Below, piece after piece: positions 8,609-19,219 of a stretch of DNA of 64,000 nucleotides (positions are counted from its first letter, which is position 1; the number at the start of each line of letters is the position of its first letter). The position numbers and the translations under genes are program-made. The notes below the pieces were generated by a model. That model did no database searches. It saw only the letters and a list, made by a program, of their open reading frames with translations, and was not told the DNA's origin. The stretch comes from Candidatus Acidiferrales bacterium (GTDB taxonomy: Bacteria; Patescibacteriota; Microgenomatia; Levybacterales; UBA12049): contig DATLSZ010000031.1 in the NCBI GenBank assembly GCA_035533875.1, positions 871-64,870 on the forward strand, read 5' to 3'.

Positions 8609-10524
8609 TTGCTTTTTCTTTTCCTCAAAAGTAAAACAAGGAAACCCCATATACCTATTGAAATGAATGTCGTTACAGCACCGACTACAAACCGAGATGA
8701 GTTAAATGTTAATACATACGTATGAATTCCTTTAACTGCATTAAACTCTAGAAACCGCGAAGAGAATAATTTTGCTGATTTTCCATCTATTGTAATTTGC
8801 CAGCCTGGATAATAACTTTCAAGCATTACTATTTTATTCAGATTATCATTGCTTTTCGCTTTTATAGTAAATGTATTCAAACCGATTTCTGTAGTTAAGA
8901 TATTATTCGTAATCTTCTTTTTATTTAACTCTGAGTAAACAAAAGGCGTATCACTGGTCACGCGAAAAACCGTAGTATCTTTATAGGTAAAATATTTTTT
9001 GATGTTAAATACAAACGGTTCGGATAATTTAACGCTACTGTCAATAATAAAGTATTTCGGTGCTATGTCATTATATGTTTTAGTCTGGAAAAAATCGTAT
9101 GGAGTAAAATGTTCTGCTGGACTATCTTTCATCTGCAATCCGTAATTATCTTCAAGAAGAAGCTGTTGATTATCAACTGCAACATTCTGTGGCAGGCCGC
9201 TTTGGTCAAGAAATGCTCCTATATAATATTTTGACGGATCTTTCTGTTTAAGCATCGATAACGTTACTTTATATGATGGGTTTATTATCTTAAGTTGTTT
9301 TCGGATAAGAATATATTCAGAAAAGACAAAAGTTATAAGCAGGTTGACAATAAGTAATGCCAGGACATAATTTTCAATTCCTATTCTTCTTGTCGTTTTT
9401 TTTAACTGTGTAAATTTTTGAAAACCTATCCCTGCCATAATAATAACGATTACTGACATGAACGCAAATATATTCGAGGGAACATGGAAGAGTTGGAGCT
9501 TCGAAAATACAATAAGCAAATAATGATACGGATTGAGATTCCAAGCTGGCATAGATACCAGAGCAAATGTCATCAATAATATATACAATAAATGCTTATA
9601 ATCATTGGAGATTTTCTTAAAATAGTAAAAGAAAAAGAAAATACCTATGAGAAGCAATGGACCTATAAAAGTAATCTTCCCCCACCATGCAAAATCAGTC
9701 GTTATGAATTGTTTGGTGCCGGTTAAGATAAACGGAAGTTTTATAGGTAAAAAAATATAATAAAGCATGCTGATCGGATTTTGCGATCCAGTGTATGGTT
9801 CGATGACATGGTAAATATAACTTGGTAATTCCGTAAATGGAAATAATTTTATTGCTGAAAAAAAAGGAATCAATAAAATAGTTACTAAAACGATAAAACT
9901 TTTTTTACGGCCTAAAACAAGATAGTAAAGAAAAGTTATCCCAAGCGCAATACAACCATAAAGAAAATTATAAAAATCTCCCGAGAAATAAATCAATGTT
10001 AGTACCAAAGAAGTTAACCCGGACCACAATATCGAAAACTTTTGGACTGAACGGAAAAGACAATATAAAAATAAGGGTAATAAAGGATATGATAGAATTT
10101 TTTCTGAATGGCCTGCAGTTATTCTTGAAACAAAATACCCACTGCTTGCATAAATTAGTCCCAAAAGAAACGAGATATTCTTATTTATTACAAAATAGCG
10201 GCAGAGGATATAAATTGTAAAAATTGCAAATATTAGTGAAATAGTGTAAATAACTTTGAAAGCAACATCTATTGGAAAACTCAATACCGACAAAGCGACA
10301 AGAGGGTTGTAAAAAGAATAAGTTGGATCAGCTATCATTGGCAGACCTTGATCAATATATGGAACCCACTGTGGAAAACTGTGACTTTGATAAATTACGT
10401 TTTTGGTATAAACAAGAGGAGTGATATTATCATTAATATCATTGCTTCTTAGTATATGTGAATCTAAAATTAAAGGAGCTAAAAAAATAAGTACAAATAT
10501 TATTGAAGCAATTATATATTTCAT
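8599..10524 (-). CDS. YfhO-like polytopic membrane protein (putative GT-C glycosyltransferase)
   Basis: 641 aa. Many N-terminal TM helices, an extracytoplasmic C-terminal domain with LESYYPGWQITIDGKSAKL, and a final TM helix. This is the YfhO architecture and its YYPGW motif. Confidence 0.6.
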   Translation of the reverse strand: MKYIIASIIFVLIFLAPLILDSHILRSNDINDNITPLVYTKNVIYQSHSFPQWVPYIDQGLPMIADPTYSFYNPLVALSVLSFPIDVAFKVIYTISLIFAIFTIYILCRYFVINKNISFLLGLIYASSGYFVSRITAGHSEKILSYPLLPLFLYCLFRSVQKFSILWSGLTSLVLTLIYFSGDFYNFLYGCIALGITFLYYLVLGRKKSFIVLVTILLIPFFSAIKLFPFTELPSYIYHVIEPYTGSQNPISMLYYIFLPIKLPFILTGTKQFITTDFAWWGKITFIGPLLLIGIFFFFYYFKKISNDYKHLLYILLMTFALVSMPAWNLNPYHYLLIVFSKLQLFHVPSNIFAFMSVIVIIMAGIGFQKFTQLKKTTRRIGIENYVLALLIVNLLITFVFSEYILIRKQLKIINPSYKVTLSMLKQKDPSKYYIGAFLDQSGLPQNVAVDNQQLLLEDNYGLQMKDSPAEHFTPYDFFQTKTYNDIAPKYFIIDSSVKLSEPFVFNIKKYFTYKDTTVFRVTSDTPFVYSELNKKKITNNILTTEIGLNTFTIKAKSNDNLNKIVMLESYYPGWQITIDGKSAKLFSSRFLEFNAVKGIHTYVLTFNSSRFVVGAVTTFISIGIWGFLVLLLRKRKSNYR

Positions 10525-10591
10525 TATTTATAATTTATAAATAGCATAAAAACTTATATGAATAATAAAATAACAAACTTTACAATGCAAG

Positions 10592-11416
10592 TCACTTCTC
10601 GATATTCCCTTTACTGAAAAAAATTCCAACGAACATACCTAGGTCATAGATAAACTTAAAAACCATATATTGTAGTGGAGCTCCCATTATAATTTTTCTC
10701 AACGCGTTTCTTAAAGAATTAATAAAACAATAACGGAACAAATTCGTAAAAGTCTTTTTAGACATCGCCCCCCTCCCTATCCAACGGGAAGAATAATACA
10801 CTTCACTTAATGATTCAGGATTATAATGATATGATATCGCTCCAGTAGCGCAGAGTGCTTGCTCATGCAATTTATCCGCAATTGTACCGTCATCAAAATA
10901 ACCTTTCTTCGGATCAAAACCTCCGACTCTTATGAAAGAACTTTTCAAAATCGCACGAAAGACAACAATTTTATCGGGTAAAATTTCGGGTGCATGTCTG
11001 CCAGGTGGTAAATCTGAATTGATTCTCCAGCAATCTGCCCAGATATTATCAGGATTTGCAATTAGCTCATCTTTATTAAAGGTACCTACTACGCCTTTTT
11101 TTATTATTGGATCTATAAGTTTTTCTATATACTTTTTGTCATATTTCATATCTGCATCAAGAAACGCCAATATCTCACCTTTTGCCAGTCCAGCCCCATA
11201 ATTTCTTGCAATTCCTGGTCCTTGATGTTTTTGCCGAAATAACTGAATATCATATTTATTTGCAATATCCAGACTTTTATCCGTCGAGCCGTCATCAATA
11301 ATAATTATTTCAGTATATTTATACGTTTGGTTTATTAAAGAAGATAGACAATAAGTAAGATATCTTTCTTCGTTATAGACAGGGATAATTATTGATACCA
11401 GAGGAGACTTTTTCAT
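10592..11416 (-). CDS. GT2 glycosyltransferase
   Basis: VSIIIPVYNEERYL, IIIIDDGSTDKS, FLDADM (DxD). Confidence 0.8.
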   Translation of the reverse strand: MKKSPLVSIIIPVYNEERYLTYCLSSLINQTYKYTEIIIIDDGSTDKSLDIANKYDIQLFRQKHQGPGIARNYGAGLAKGEILAFLDADMKYDKKYIEKLIDPIIKKGVVGTFNKDELIANPDNIWADCWRINSDLPPGRHAPEILPDKIVVFRAILKSSFIRVGGFDPKKGYFDDGTIADKLHEQALCATGAISYHYNPESLSEVYYSSRWIGRGAMSKKTFTNLFRYCFINSLRNALRKIIMGAPLQYMVFKFIYDLGMFVGIFFSKGNIEK

Positions 11417-12000
11417 ACTATCTTTTTAGCAACACAAACAAAACTCCATTGTTTGATACAAGGAGTAAGTTTAATAATTTTGAAACCACCTATCGTTTCA
11501 AGCATGTTTTTAAAACTTTCTTTTGTAAATGCATGTTTGTGTGTCGGATCCAATTTTATTGTATCGAGAGCTCCTTCATCAGGAATTACAATCCCAAGTA
11601 TACCTCCTTTTTTTAGAACACGCTTCCATTCTTTTAAAGTTTTCACCGGATCTACATAGTGTTCTAGATTGTGTCTTGCTACCACATAATCTAGCGTACC
11701 ATCGACAAACATATACAAATTATCACCAGATGCGCAAATATCTGCCTGACTGAATTGTCTTCTTTCCGATCCATGCTTTCCTGGTACACCCTTTGGTGTA
11801 AGATCTACACCCAAGGCATTAGGGTGAGTTTTCCTTGAACCACAACCCACATCAATGCCTAATCCTATGCAATATGGATAAAGAGACATTCTTTCGGGAT
11901 CATCCGGCAACTGCGTATTTTGTTGAGGAAACGCATCAGAATAAAAATAAAGAATAATACGTTTTATAGCGCCATTTATTTTATGTAATAAATTTTTCAT
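11413..12000 (-). CDS. SAM-dependent methyltransferase (type 11-like)
   Basis: GIDVGCGSRK and ARHNLEHYVDPVKTLKEWKRVLKKGGILGIVIP; 4-nt overlap with the downstream GT2. Confidence 0.65.
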   Translation of the reverse strand: MKNLLHKINGAIKRIILYFYSDAFPQQNTQLPDDPERMSLYPYCIGLGIDVGCGSRKTHPNALGVDLTPKGVPGKHGSERRQFSQADICASGDNLYMFVDGTLDYVVARHNLEHYVDPVKTLKEWKRVLKKGGILGIVIPDEGALDTIKLDPTHKHAFTKESFKNMLETIGGFKIIKLTPCIKQWSFVCVAKKIV

Positions 12001-13244
12001 TGCTCTATTGTAACAAATTTACGTTCTTTTATTACAAGCACTGCTGAATATAAAGATGTTAAGAAAATTATTAGTTGCGTCACGACTGTCACCCAGCTAG
12101 CGCCAATGAAGGAGTACTTGGGAATCAATATAAGATTAAGTCCGATATTGATAATTGCAGCGATAACAGCGAATTTGAATAAAAGAAACTGTTTGTGTCC
12201 TACGACACCGATATTAAGAAAAAAGCCAGACAAAATGCTCACTGTTAATGCAAAAGATAATATCTGTAGTGATGGAATTGCGGGATAATATTTTTCCCCA
12301 CCCAAAAAATAGAGAAACGGCTTGGCAAGAAAAAATAAACCGATATTACCAATTACGGCGATTATAAATGTATAGAATATATACTTACGAAAATCTCTTT
12401 TAAATTCGGCCTTACTTCTATGTGCTGAAAAAAGTGGAAAGAGCGTCTGCGTATATAATCCGCCAAAAACCATAAGTACTTCAAATATTTTATATGAAAT
12501 GCCATAATACCCGACATCGGGAAATTGATTTGGATTATAAAAATATGGCAGGATAAGTGAATCAATTTTAAAAAAAATAACACTTGCTAATACTCCTGCA
12601 CCGAGAGGCCATGATTCATTAGCAATACCGATCATTCGTTTTTTATCAAACAGATACTGTATCTTCTTATGTAAAAAAGATTTTGAAACAAAAAAACCAA
12701 CAACCATCCCGATACTTGTCGCAAAAATAAACGAAAGAAATGGTAAATGGAAATAAGCAGCAGATACCAATAAAACAGTATTAATTACTGCAATGGTAAT
12801 TTGTGCAACAACAACTTTACTGAATAGAAATTTTGCTTGAAATACTGACCAGATAAGAGCAGATAGCATAGAAAAAATATTCACAATCGCATAAATAATT
12901 ACTCCGATTTTGACTTCTTCAGAATAAGGAAATATAAATATAGACAAACTCCCAAATCCAATAAAAATAATGCTCAACAATAATCTCAATCCAAAAACAT
13001 AAGATATCAACGTATTATCTGCTTTTTTAGCAGCGATATCCCGCAGCAAAACAGTTCCCAACCCAAAGTCAGCTAATATCGTCAAAAAGCTAACAAAATT
13101 CAAAACCAGGTTATATTCCCCCATGTGCTCTACATCAAAATAATGAGCTAACACACCAAAACTAACAACTCCAAGTCCAGATGTAACAATTTTACCAATA
13201 GATAAATAAAAGGTATTGAGAAAGACTTTTTTTTCGTTATTCAT
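11997..13244 (-). CDS. MOP-superfamily polysaccharide flippase (Wzx-like)
   Basis: 415 aa with about 12 hydrophobic helices; N-terminus NTFYLSIGKIVTSGLGVVSFGVLAHYF...MGEYNLVLNF is typical of Wzx/polysaccharide biosynthesis proteins. Confidence 0.65.
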   Translation of the reverse strand: MNNEKKVFLNTFYLSIGKIVTSGLGVVSFGVLAHYFDVEHMGEYNLVLNFVSFLTILADFGLGTVLLRDIAAKKADNTLISYVFGLRLLLSIIFIGFGSLSIFIFPYSEEVKIGVIIYAIVNIFSMLSALIWSVFQAKFLFSKVVVAQITIAVINTVLLVSAAYFHLPFLSFIFATSIGMVVGFFVSKSFLHKKIQYLFDKKRMIGIANESWPLGAGVLASVIFFKIDSLILPYFYNPNQFPDVGYYGISYKIFEVLMVFGGLYTQTLFPLFSAHRSKAEFKRDFRKYIFYTFIIAVIGNIGLFFLAKPFLYFLGGEKYYPAIPSLQILSFALTVSILSGFFLNIGVVGHKQFLLFKFAVIAAIINIGLNLILIPKYSFIGASWVTVVTQLIIFLTSLYSAVLVIKERKFVTIEQ

Positions 13245-14463
13245 ATTTCTTAGTCCTCAATTCTTTCCATACAAATATCCCGGTAAACGGTAAAGCGATA
13301 ACAGAACTTATCAACGCGGCAATTGCTGCACCAACAATTCCGTAAAGAGAGACAAGAGGAATAATTAAGAGGACTAATCCCAAACTGGTAATAAATGTTG
13401 TGATCATTGGTATTTTTTGTTTTTTCATACTATAAAAAAGTGCCGATGATGTACCAGTAAGTGCGCGTAATAATCCAACACCTGCCAGAAAAGGCAATAC
13501 TATTTCAATACCTGACCATTTATTACCCAGTAACCAAACGAAAAGTCCCGGAAACAAAATAATGATAAGCACAAACGGAATGGTCAGCGTTAAACTGATA
13601 AAGATTGACTTCGAAAATTCGTTGCGCAAATGGAACATATCATCTGAAATCTTTACAAGAATTGGCATGCCGACATACTGAAAAACTTTCCCAACTTCAG
13701 TCAGCGGCATAACAGCTAATGAATATGCAAGCTGATAAATACCTAAAGAAGAGGCCCCCAACAACCGCCCAACAACGATATTATCTGCATTCTCAAAAAG
13801 GTAATCAAAAATACCCCCAAAGGTAATCCATTTGCCGCCATGAAATATTTTTTTGATATATTCTTTTTTGAAAGATAGCCAGGGACGTGGTGAAATTACG
13901 GCAAAGGATAAAATTACCTCAACTATAACACCTGACAGTAATCCGACAACGATTCCGATCGGATTTTTCGTCAGGTAAGTAACGATAACAGAGGTTACCG
14001 TATCAACAACAAGAACTGTAAACCGATACGAGAAATCTTTTCCGAACTGTAAGTTTTTTTGCAATTTTACAACAGCAGGATTGATAAACCCTCTTAAAAG
14101 CGGCACTATACTCATAAACTGCAACAATATCAAAGCTTGCGGTGAATGAAAAAAACCAGCAATAAATGGAGAAGAAAAATATAACGCAAATGTTATCACA
14201 ATTCCTCTTGCGATGGAAACAATCCACGCAGATGAAATAAAATCTTCAATCTCTTTTTCCTGAACAAGTACGATATTGACACCTGTTTCAGTGATTACCT
14301 CTAGTAAGCCGAGAGTCAAAAGCGCTATCCCATATGCACCAAATTGTGAAGGAGCAAGGATGCGAGCAAGGATTATCGTTTCTAAAAATCCTATACCTTT
14401 TGTTGAAAACCGCAAAAACCCAATAAGTGAGATCCCTTTAATAACATCTTTTGTATGACTCAT
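13237..14463 (-). CDS. MOP-superfamily polysaccharide flippase (Wzx-like), second copy
   Basis: 408 aa polytopic; LETIILARILAPSQFGAYGIALL is the classic N-terminal motif of polysaccharide biosynthesis/flippase proteins. 8-nt overlap with the next flippase. Confidence 0.7.
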   Translation of the reverse strand: MSHTKDVIKGISLIGFLRFSTKGIGFLETIILARILAPSQFGAYGIALLTLGLLEVITETGVNIVLVQEKEIEDFISSAWIVSIARGIVITFALYFSSPFIAGFFHSPQALILLQFMSIVPLLRGFINPAVVKLQKNLQFGKDFSYRFTVLVVDTVTSVIVTYLTKNPIGIVVGLLSGVIVEVILSFAVISPRPWLSFKKEYIKKIFHGGKWITFGGIFDYLFENADNIVVGRLLGASSLGIYQLAYSLAVMPLTEVGKVFQYVGMPILVKISDDMFHLRNEFSKSIFISLTLTIPFVLIIILFPGLFVWLLGNKWSGIEIVLPFLAGVGLLRALTGTSSALFYSMKKQKIPMITTFITSLGLVLLIIPLVSLYGIVGAAIAALISSVIALPFTGIFVWKELRTKKYE

Positions 14464-14487
14464 ATTTTTTTATCAATCGGTATATCC

Positions 14488-15429
14488 CTAGAAAGGGTAT
14501 ATTTTCAACATACCCAAAATCGTTCCTTTAATAACTGCACTATCAGCAATAAGCTGCAATGATGGCAAAAAATATATTGCTTGCCATTCTTTTATGTATT
14601 TATAATTTTTAACTATTGACCAATAGAGATATCCAATTATGAGAACAGACAAACAGACGAGCGGCAAAACTGATTTCATTATTATAGCCGATAAGAGAAG
14701 TAAAAGCGCGACTGTATAGCGAAAGAAGAGGAAAACTACTTTTGGACGGTAAATTCCTGCTTCCGCGTCTCCATAAGCAAACCTGAAGAACATAATAAAT
14801 GCTTGTTTGTAACTGCTTCTTGGTATCCAATAGACAACTGCATCTTTTCGAAATATGATTTTTACATTTTCCTTTTCCAGTCTTTTAGCAAATGCATAGT
14901 CTTCATTGTGTGATAATTTCTCATTAAATCCCCCTATCTTTTTCCATATATCTTTGGTAAAAGCAACCGAGCGTGTTGCTGGTAAAAAGTGGTCTGGATC
15001 GACACGGTCCGGCATCACAAGAACATAGGGAATAAGACATTTTTGAAATACATTTTTTGCGAGCCCTTTATAATATCCAGCAACAACATCTACGGTAACA
15101 TCTTTAAACGGCTCTGTTATATTCTTTACCCAGTCCTTATCCAGAACATTACCTGCATCAGTACATATTATAATATCACCAGTTGCATTTTTGATCGCTT
15201 CATTTCTTCCTACTGCCCTATTCCCCTTTTTAACTAAAATAATAAACTTACCCTTATATTCCCTGACTTTCGATCTAAAATCTTTAACCTTAGTTACTGT
15301 CGAGTCAATACTCCCTCCATCGGTAATAATAATTTCGTCCGGCGGCTTTGTTTGCGACAAAATGGAATCAAGAAACCTGTCAATAGTTTTTGCTTCGTTA
15401 AATACCGTAGTAATAAAAGATATTTTCAT
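14488..15429 (-). CDS. GT2 glycosyltransferase with C-terminal TM helices
   Basis: ISFITTVFNEAKTI, IIITDGGSIDST, ICTDAGN; three hydrophobic helices at the C-terminus. Confidence 0.75.
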   Translation of the reverse strand: MKISFITTVFNEAKTIDRFLDSILSQTKPPDEIIITDGGSIDSTVTKVKDFRSKVREYKGKFIILVKKGNRAVGRNEAIKNATGDIIICTDAGNVLDKDWVKNITEPFKDVTVDVVAGYYKGLAKNVFQKCLIPYVLVMPDRVDPDHFLPATRSVAFTKDIWKKIGGFNEKLSHNEDYAFAKRLEKENVKIIFRKDAVVYWIPRSSYKQAFIMFFRFAYGDAEAGIYRPKVVFLFFRYTVALLLLLSAIIMKSVLPLVCLSVLIIGYLYWSIVKNYKYIKEWQAIYFLPSLQLIADSAVIKGTILGMLKIYPF

Positions 15430-16916
15430 TTCACCAGGATAAGATAATCATCGATTTTTTTCTCTACATGATAGTGCGCGATAATATATTTTGAAAGAAG
15501 ATCTTTGTTCACGTAAATAGATTTATTAGCAATAACAAGAGGAGTATTTTTTACTTTAATTTCTTGTATCATTTCCGTCTGAACATCTTTAGTAAATATT
15601 TGTCCGGAGAAAAAGATGAACTTCGTCGGATTTCTTTTATCTGTCACAAGATAAAATGATGGGGAAAATGAATCAACAAACAAATAATTATTTGATACTG
15701 GATATTTATCAATATAATTATCAATTCCTGCAAGCAGTTCATGAGTCTTTTGATCAGTTAAGATACCCAACTTTGGATTTTGTGTATAAATATTCTGTTG
15801 TATTAACGGTGTATACCATCGATAATAATTACTAAATAGTGCTGTATAAAAACCTAAGATGAATAATATAATAAAGAAACTAAAACTCACAATTTTAATA
15901 TACTTATTGTTATTTAAAACAAGTATTACTAGTAAAGGAACACCAATGATAGATAACAGTGGTACGAGATGGACATAATCGGTCGTCGGTCGGATGCCGA
16001 TCATATAATAGAGTGCAGTAAATGATGCGAGAAAGATAATTTTTTTGTTCTTCTTAAATGCCAACCATACTGCATAAAGTGATACCAATAATGGAGACAG
16101 ATAAAACAATGTTTTAACAATTTGTTTATACCAAACGCCAGGATAAATAAATGGCGTATTTTGATTGCCTTGAAGAATGATTTGCTGAATCATGAAATAA
16201 TACATATCATTGACAAACGGAATAAACGTGTTGGTAAAAGCAAAATAAACAACCATAACCATAGGAAACATGCATATTCCAAAAATATGAGCTACTATGA
16301 ATTTCTTTTTCTGTGCATTTTTCTCAAAGAAAAAGAATATTAAATTATTCAGAAGTAATGCGACACCAAAATTCTGCTTGAATAATATTGTAAGTCCTGT
16401 TGTTACACCAGCAATAAAATAGAGTTTGGAATTTTTTTTACTAATCAAGAGGAGAAGCACTGTCAGTATACCACTCCATAAGGTATACATGACCGGCCAG
16501 GCAAAGTTCACATGCATCGGTCCCCAGACAACAAAAAGCAAAACAGGAATCAAATAAGCAAATACACTCTTACTATTACTAATAGTATTTGAAATCTTGT
16601 ATAAAATATAAACTGTTAATAATGAAAAACCCATTGTTATCAATCTTGCAGAATTAAAACTTACCCCAATCAATTTGAAACCAATGGCAATGATATAAAT
16701 AAGACCTGGCGTATAGATAAAGTGAAAATCACGGTATGGTAACTGCCCATCCAGAATCCGTTGTGCAGGACTGAGAATCCATCCTTCATCATCGATAATA
16801 AATCCTCTGGTAAAGACATATCCCAAACACAAAATTATAATAAGAAAAATACAATAAGTAAGAACGGAAGCTACTTTTTTGGAAGAAATGAACTGTATCA
16901 CTCTATTTACAAACAT
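15426..16916 (-). CDS. Polytopic membrane protein, GT-C-like (ArnT/GT87-like) glycosyltransferase
   Basis: 496 aa, more than 10 helices; first-loop motif IIDDEGWILSPAQRILDGQLPYRDFHFIYTPG, shared in form with 33857..35428. Confidence 0.5.
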   Translation of the reverse strand: MFVNRVIQFISSKKVASVLTYCIFLIIILCLGYVFTRGFIIDDEGWILSPAQRILDGQLPYRDFHFIYTPGLIYIIAIGFKLIGVSFNSARLITMGFSLLTVYILYKISNTISNSKSVFAYLIPVLLFVVWGPMHVNFAWPVMYTLWSGILTVLLLLISKKNSKLYFIAGVTTGLTILFKQNFGVALLLNNLIFFFFEKNAQKKKFIVAHIFGICMFPMVMVVYFAFTNTFIPFVNDMYYFMIQQIILQGNQNTPFIYPGVWYKQIVKTLFYLSPLLVSLYAVWLAFKKNKKIIFLASFTALYYMIGIRPTTDYVHLVPLLSIIGVPLLVILVLNNNKYIKIVSFSFFIILFILGFYTALFSNYYRWYTPLIQQNIYTQNPKLGILTDQKTHELLAGIDNYIDKYPVSNNYLFVDSFSPSFYLVTDKRNPTKFIFFSGQIFTKDVQTEMIQEIKVKNTPLVIANKSIYVNKDLLSKYIIAHYHVEKKIDDYLILVK

Positions 16917-16953
16917 GGTTAATCTCTCTATAATTCTACCATATCTGAACTAA

Positions 16954-18198
16954 ATGACGAAAAAAATTGTAACAGTAATCGGAATTGGAAGAGTGGGATT
17001 GCCTCTGGCATTGGTAATTGCGAATGAAGGATATACAGTATATGGCATCGGTAGAGACAAAACAAAAATCGAACAGCTGAAAAATCAAAAGATGCCATTT
17101 CTCGAAGAAGGAAAGGAACTGCTCAAACTGTATGTCAATAAAACTTTTTTCCCCACAACTTCCTTTGATAGTATTAATAAATCTCATGTTATCATTCTGA
17201 CTCTCGGAACGCCAATCGATGAGAACATGAATCCGGTTCTTGATCAGATCAATGCTGTCATAGATAAAATTATTCCTTACTTAAAAACGAACCAATTAAT
17301 AATCCTGAGAAGTACGCTTTCCCCAAACACCACAAAATACGTTAAAGATATCATTGAGATGAAAACAAAACTAAAAGTAGGCAAAGATTTATTTATCGCG
17401 TTCTGTCCGGAACGGATAGCGCAAGGAAAATCGGTACAGGAGATCAAAGAAATCCCGCAAATTATCGGTGGTATCGATATAAAATCATCCAAACACGCTC
17501 GTCTCTTTTTTGAAAGCCTCGGCATTCAGTGTCTGACAACCGATGCGACAAGTGCCGAACTTGCCAAACTCTTTACCAATATGTACCGCTACATCTCGTT
17601 TGCCATTGCCAACGAATTTTTTGTTATCGCAGAAAATTTTAATAGAAACATCAGTGAAATCGTAACATTGGTAAATGATGGGTATAAAAGAAATGGACTT
17701 GCGCTACCAGGATTTACCGCTGGACCGTGTCTCTTCAAAGATGGCTTTTTTCTTATCAATGACAATCCGTATCTTGATCTCATAACAGCGAGCTGGAAAA
17801 TAAATGAAGCAATGCCGCTGTTTTTGGTAAAAAAGCTCAAAGAAAGGATAAAACTCAAAGGCAAACGAGTCGTGATTCTCGGACTCGCATTCAAACCCGA
17901 AATCGACGACACTCGGGAGTCTCTGAGTTTCAAACTCCGAAAATCCCTCTTGCGTGAACACGCTGATGTGATTCTTCACGACCCGTATGTCAAACAGTAT
18001 TCGCGACAAAAAATTCATCATTCTTTGGAAGAAGCATTGGAAGGAGCACACGCGGTCATCATCGCAACCAAACATAATGAATATGTAAAGAAGCGGTCTG
18101 AAATTTTGGAAGCTGTCAAAGGACAAACTTATATATGCGATGTTTGGAATATGTTTGAAAGCAACAAACTTCTTTTTCGCGCAAGACAACTAAAATAA
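16954..18198 (+). CDS. Nucleotide-sugar dehydrogenase (UDP-glucose/GDP-mannose dehydrogenase family)
   Basis: VIGIGRVGLPLA, AFCPERIAQGKS, GFTAGPCLFKDG (catalytic Cys), LGLAFKPEIDDTRES. Confidence 0.85.
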   Translation: MTKKIVTVIGIGRVGLPLALVIANEGYTVYGIGRDKTKIEQLKNQKMPFLEEGKELLKLYVNKTFFPTTSFDSINKSHVIILTLGTPIDENMNPVLDQINAVIDKIIPYLKTNQLIILRSTLSPNTTKYVKDIIEMKTKLKVGKDLFIAFCPERIAQGKSVQEIKEIPQIIGGIDIKSSKHARLFFESLGIQCLTTDATSAELAKLFTNMYRYISFAIANEFFVIAENFNRNISEIVTLVNDGYKRNGLALPGFTAGPCLFKDGFFLINDNPYLDLITASWKINEAMPLFLVKKLKERIKLKGKRVVILGLAFKPEIDDTRESLSFKLRKSLLREHADVILHDPYVKQYSRQKIHHSLEEALEGAHAVIIATKHNEYVKKRSEILEAVKGQTYICDVWNMFESNKLLFRARQLK

Positions 18199-18199
18199 T

Positions 18200-19219
18200 A
18201 TGAAAGTACTCGTCACAGGTTCCCAAGGATTTATTGGCGGCTATCTTGTTGAGGAACTTATTAATCAAGGACACAGTGTCGTTGGAATCGATAATTATTC
18301 AAAGTATGGACGCGTTGATAAAAACTATGATAAAAATCCAAATTATCAATTCGTCAAAGGTGATGTCAAAGATATCGAACTCTTAAAAAAGTTACTGAAA
18401 GACTGTGATCACGTAATCGCCGGCGCAGCAAGAATTGGCGGTATCAGCTATTTTCATGAATTTGCGTATGATCTTATCGCTGAAAACGAAAGAATTACCG
18501 CTTCCACCTTTGATGCAGCTATCGACGCATTTCTTCATCATAAACTCAAAAAAATAACTATTATTTCATCAAGCATGGTCTATGAATCAACAGATGTCTA
18601 CCCTACTCCTGAAGACATATTGAAAAAAACGCCTCCACCGCAATCTACCTATGGTTTTCAAAAATTGTCATGTGAATATTTTGCCAAAGGTGCTTGGGAA
18701 CAGTACAAACTCCCGTATACAATTGTCCGGCCGTTCAATTGTGTTGGTATTGGAGAAATGCGTGCAAAATCTGACAAACAGATTAAAAGCAGCAATGTCA
18801 AACTCGCAATGAGCCATGTCATACCAGATCTTGTACAAAAAGTTTTAAAAGGCCAAAAGCCGCTTCATATTTTGGGTCAAGGGAATCAGATCCGCTGTTA
18901 TACGTATGGCGGAGATATTGCAAAAGGTATTATACTTGCAATGAATTCTACAAAAGCAAAAAATGAAGATTTTAACATCTCTTCACCCGAAGAAACGACT
19001 GTCCTAAAACTTGCAAAACTTATCTGGAAAAAAATCAATGGAGACAAACCGTTCAGCTATGTCAGCGACAAACCCTTTGTTTATGATGTCCAGAAGAGAA
19101 TACCGGATACAACAAAAGCAAAAAGGATTCTTGGTTTTGAGGCGACAACATCACTTGATGCAATGCTTGATGAAGTAATACCATGGATCAGAAAGCAAAT
19201 TGAGTTAGGAACAATCTAA
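18200..19219 (+). CDS. NAD-dependent epimerase/dehydratase (extended SDR)
   Basis: VTGSQGFIGGYL; YGFQKLSCE (YxxxK); immediately follows the dehydrogenase. Confidence 0.8.
   Translation: MKVLVTGSQGFIGGYLVEELINQGHSVVGIDNYSKYGRVDKNYDKNPNYQFVKGDVKDIELLKKLLKDCDHVIAGAARIGGISYFHEFAYDLIAENERITASTFDAAIDAFLHHKLKKITIISSSMVYESTDVYPTPEDILKKTPPPQSTYGFQKLSCEYFAKGAWEQYKLPYTIVRPFNCVGIGEMRAKSDKQIKSSNVKLAMSHVIPDLVQKVLKGQKPLHILGQGNQIRCYTYGGDIAKGIILAMNSTKAKNEDFNISSPEETTVLKLAKLIWKKINGDKPFSYVSDKPFVYDVQKRIPDTTKAKRILGFEATTSLDAMLDEVIPWIRKQIELGTI

Noticed and set aside
17277-18189. Minus-strand ORFs (82, 114 and 161 aa) overlapping the nucleotide-sugar dehydrogenase
   Set aside because: They are antisense shadows of a strongly supported CDS, with no recognisable motifs.
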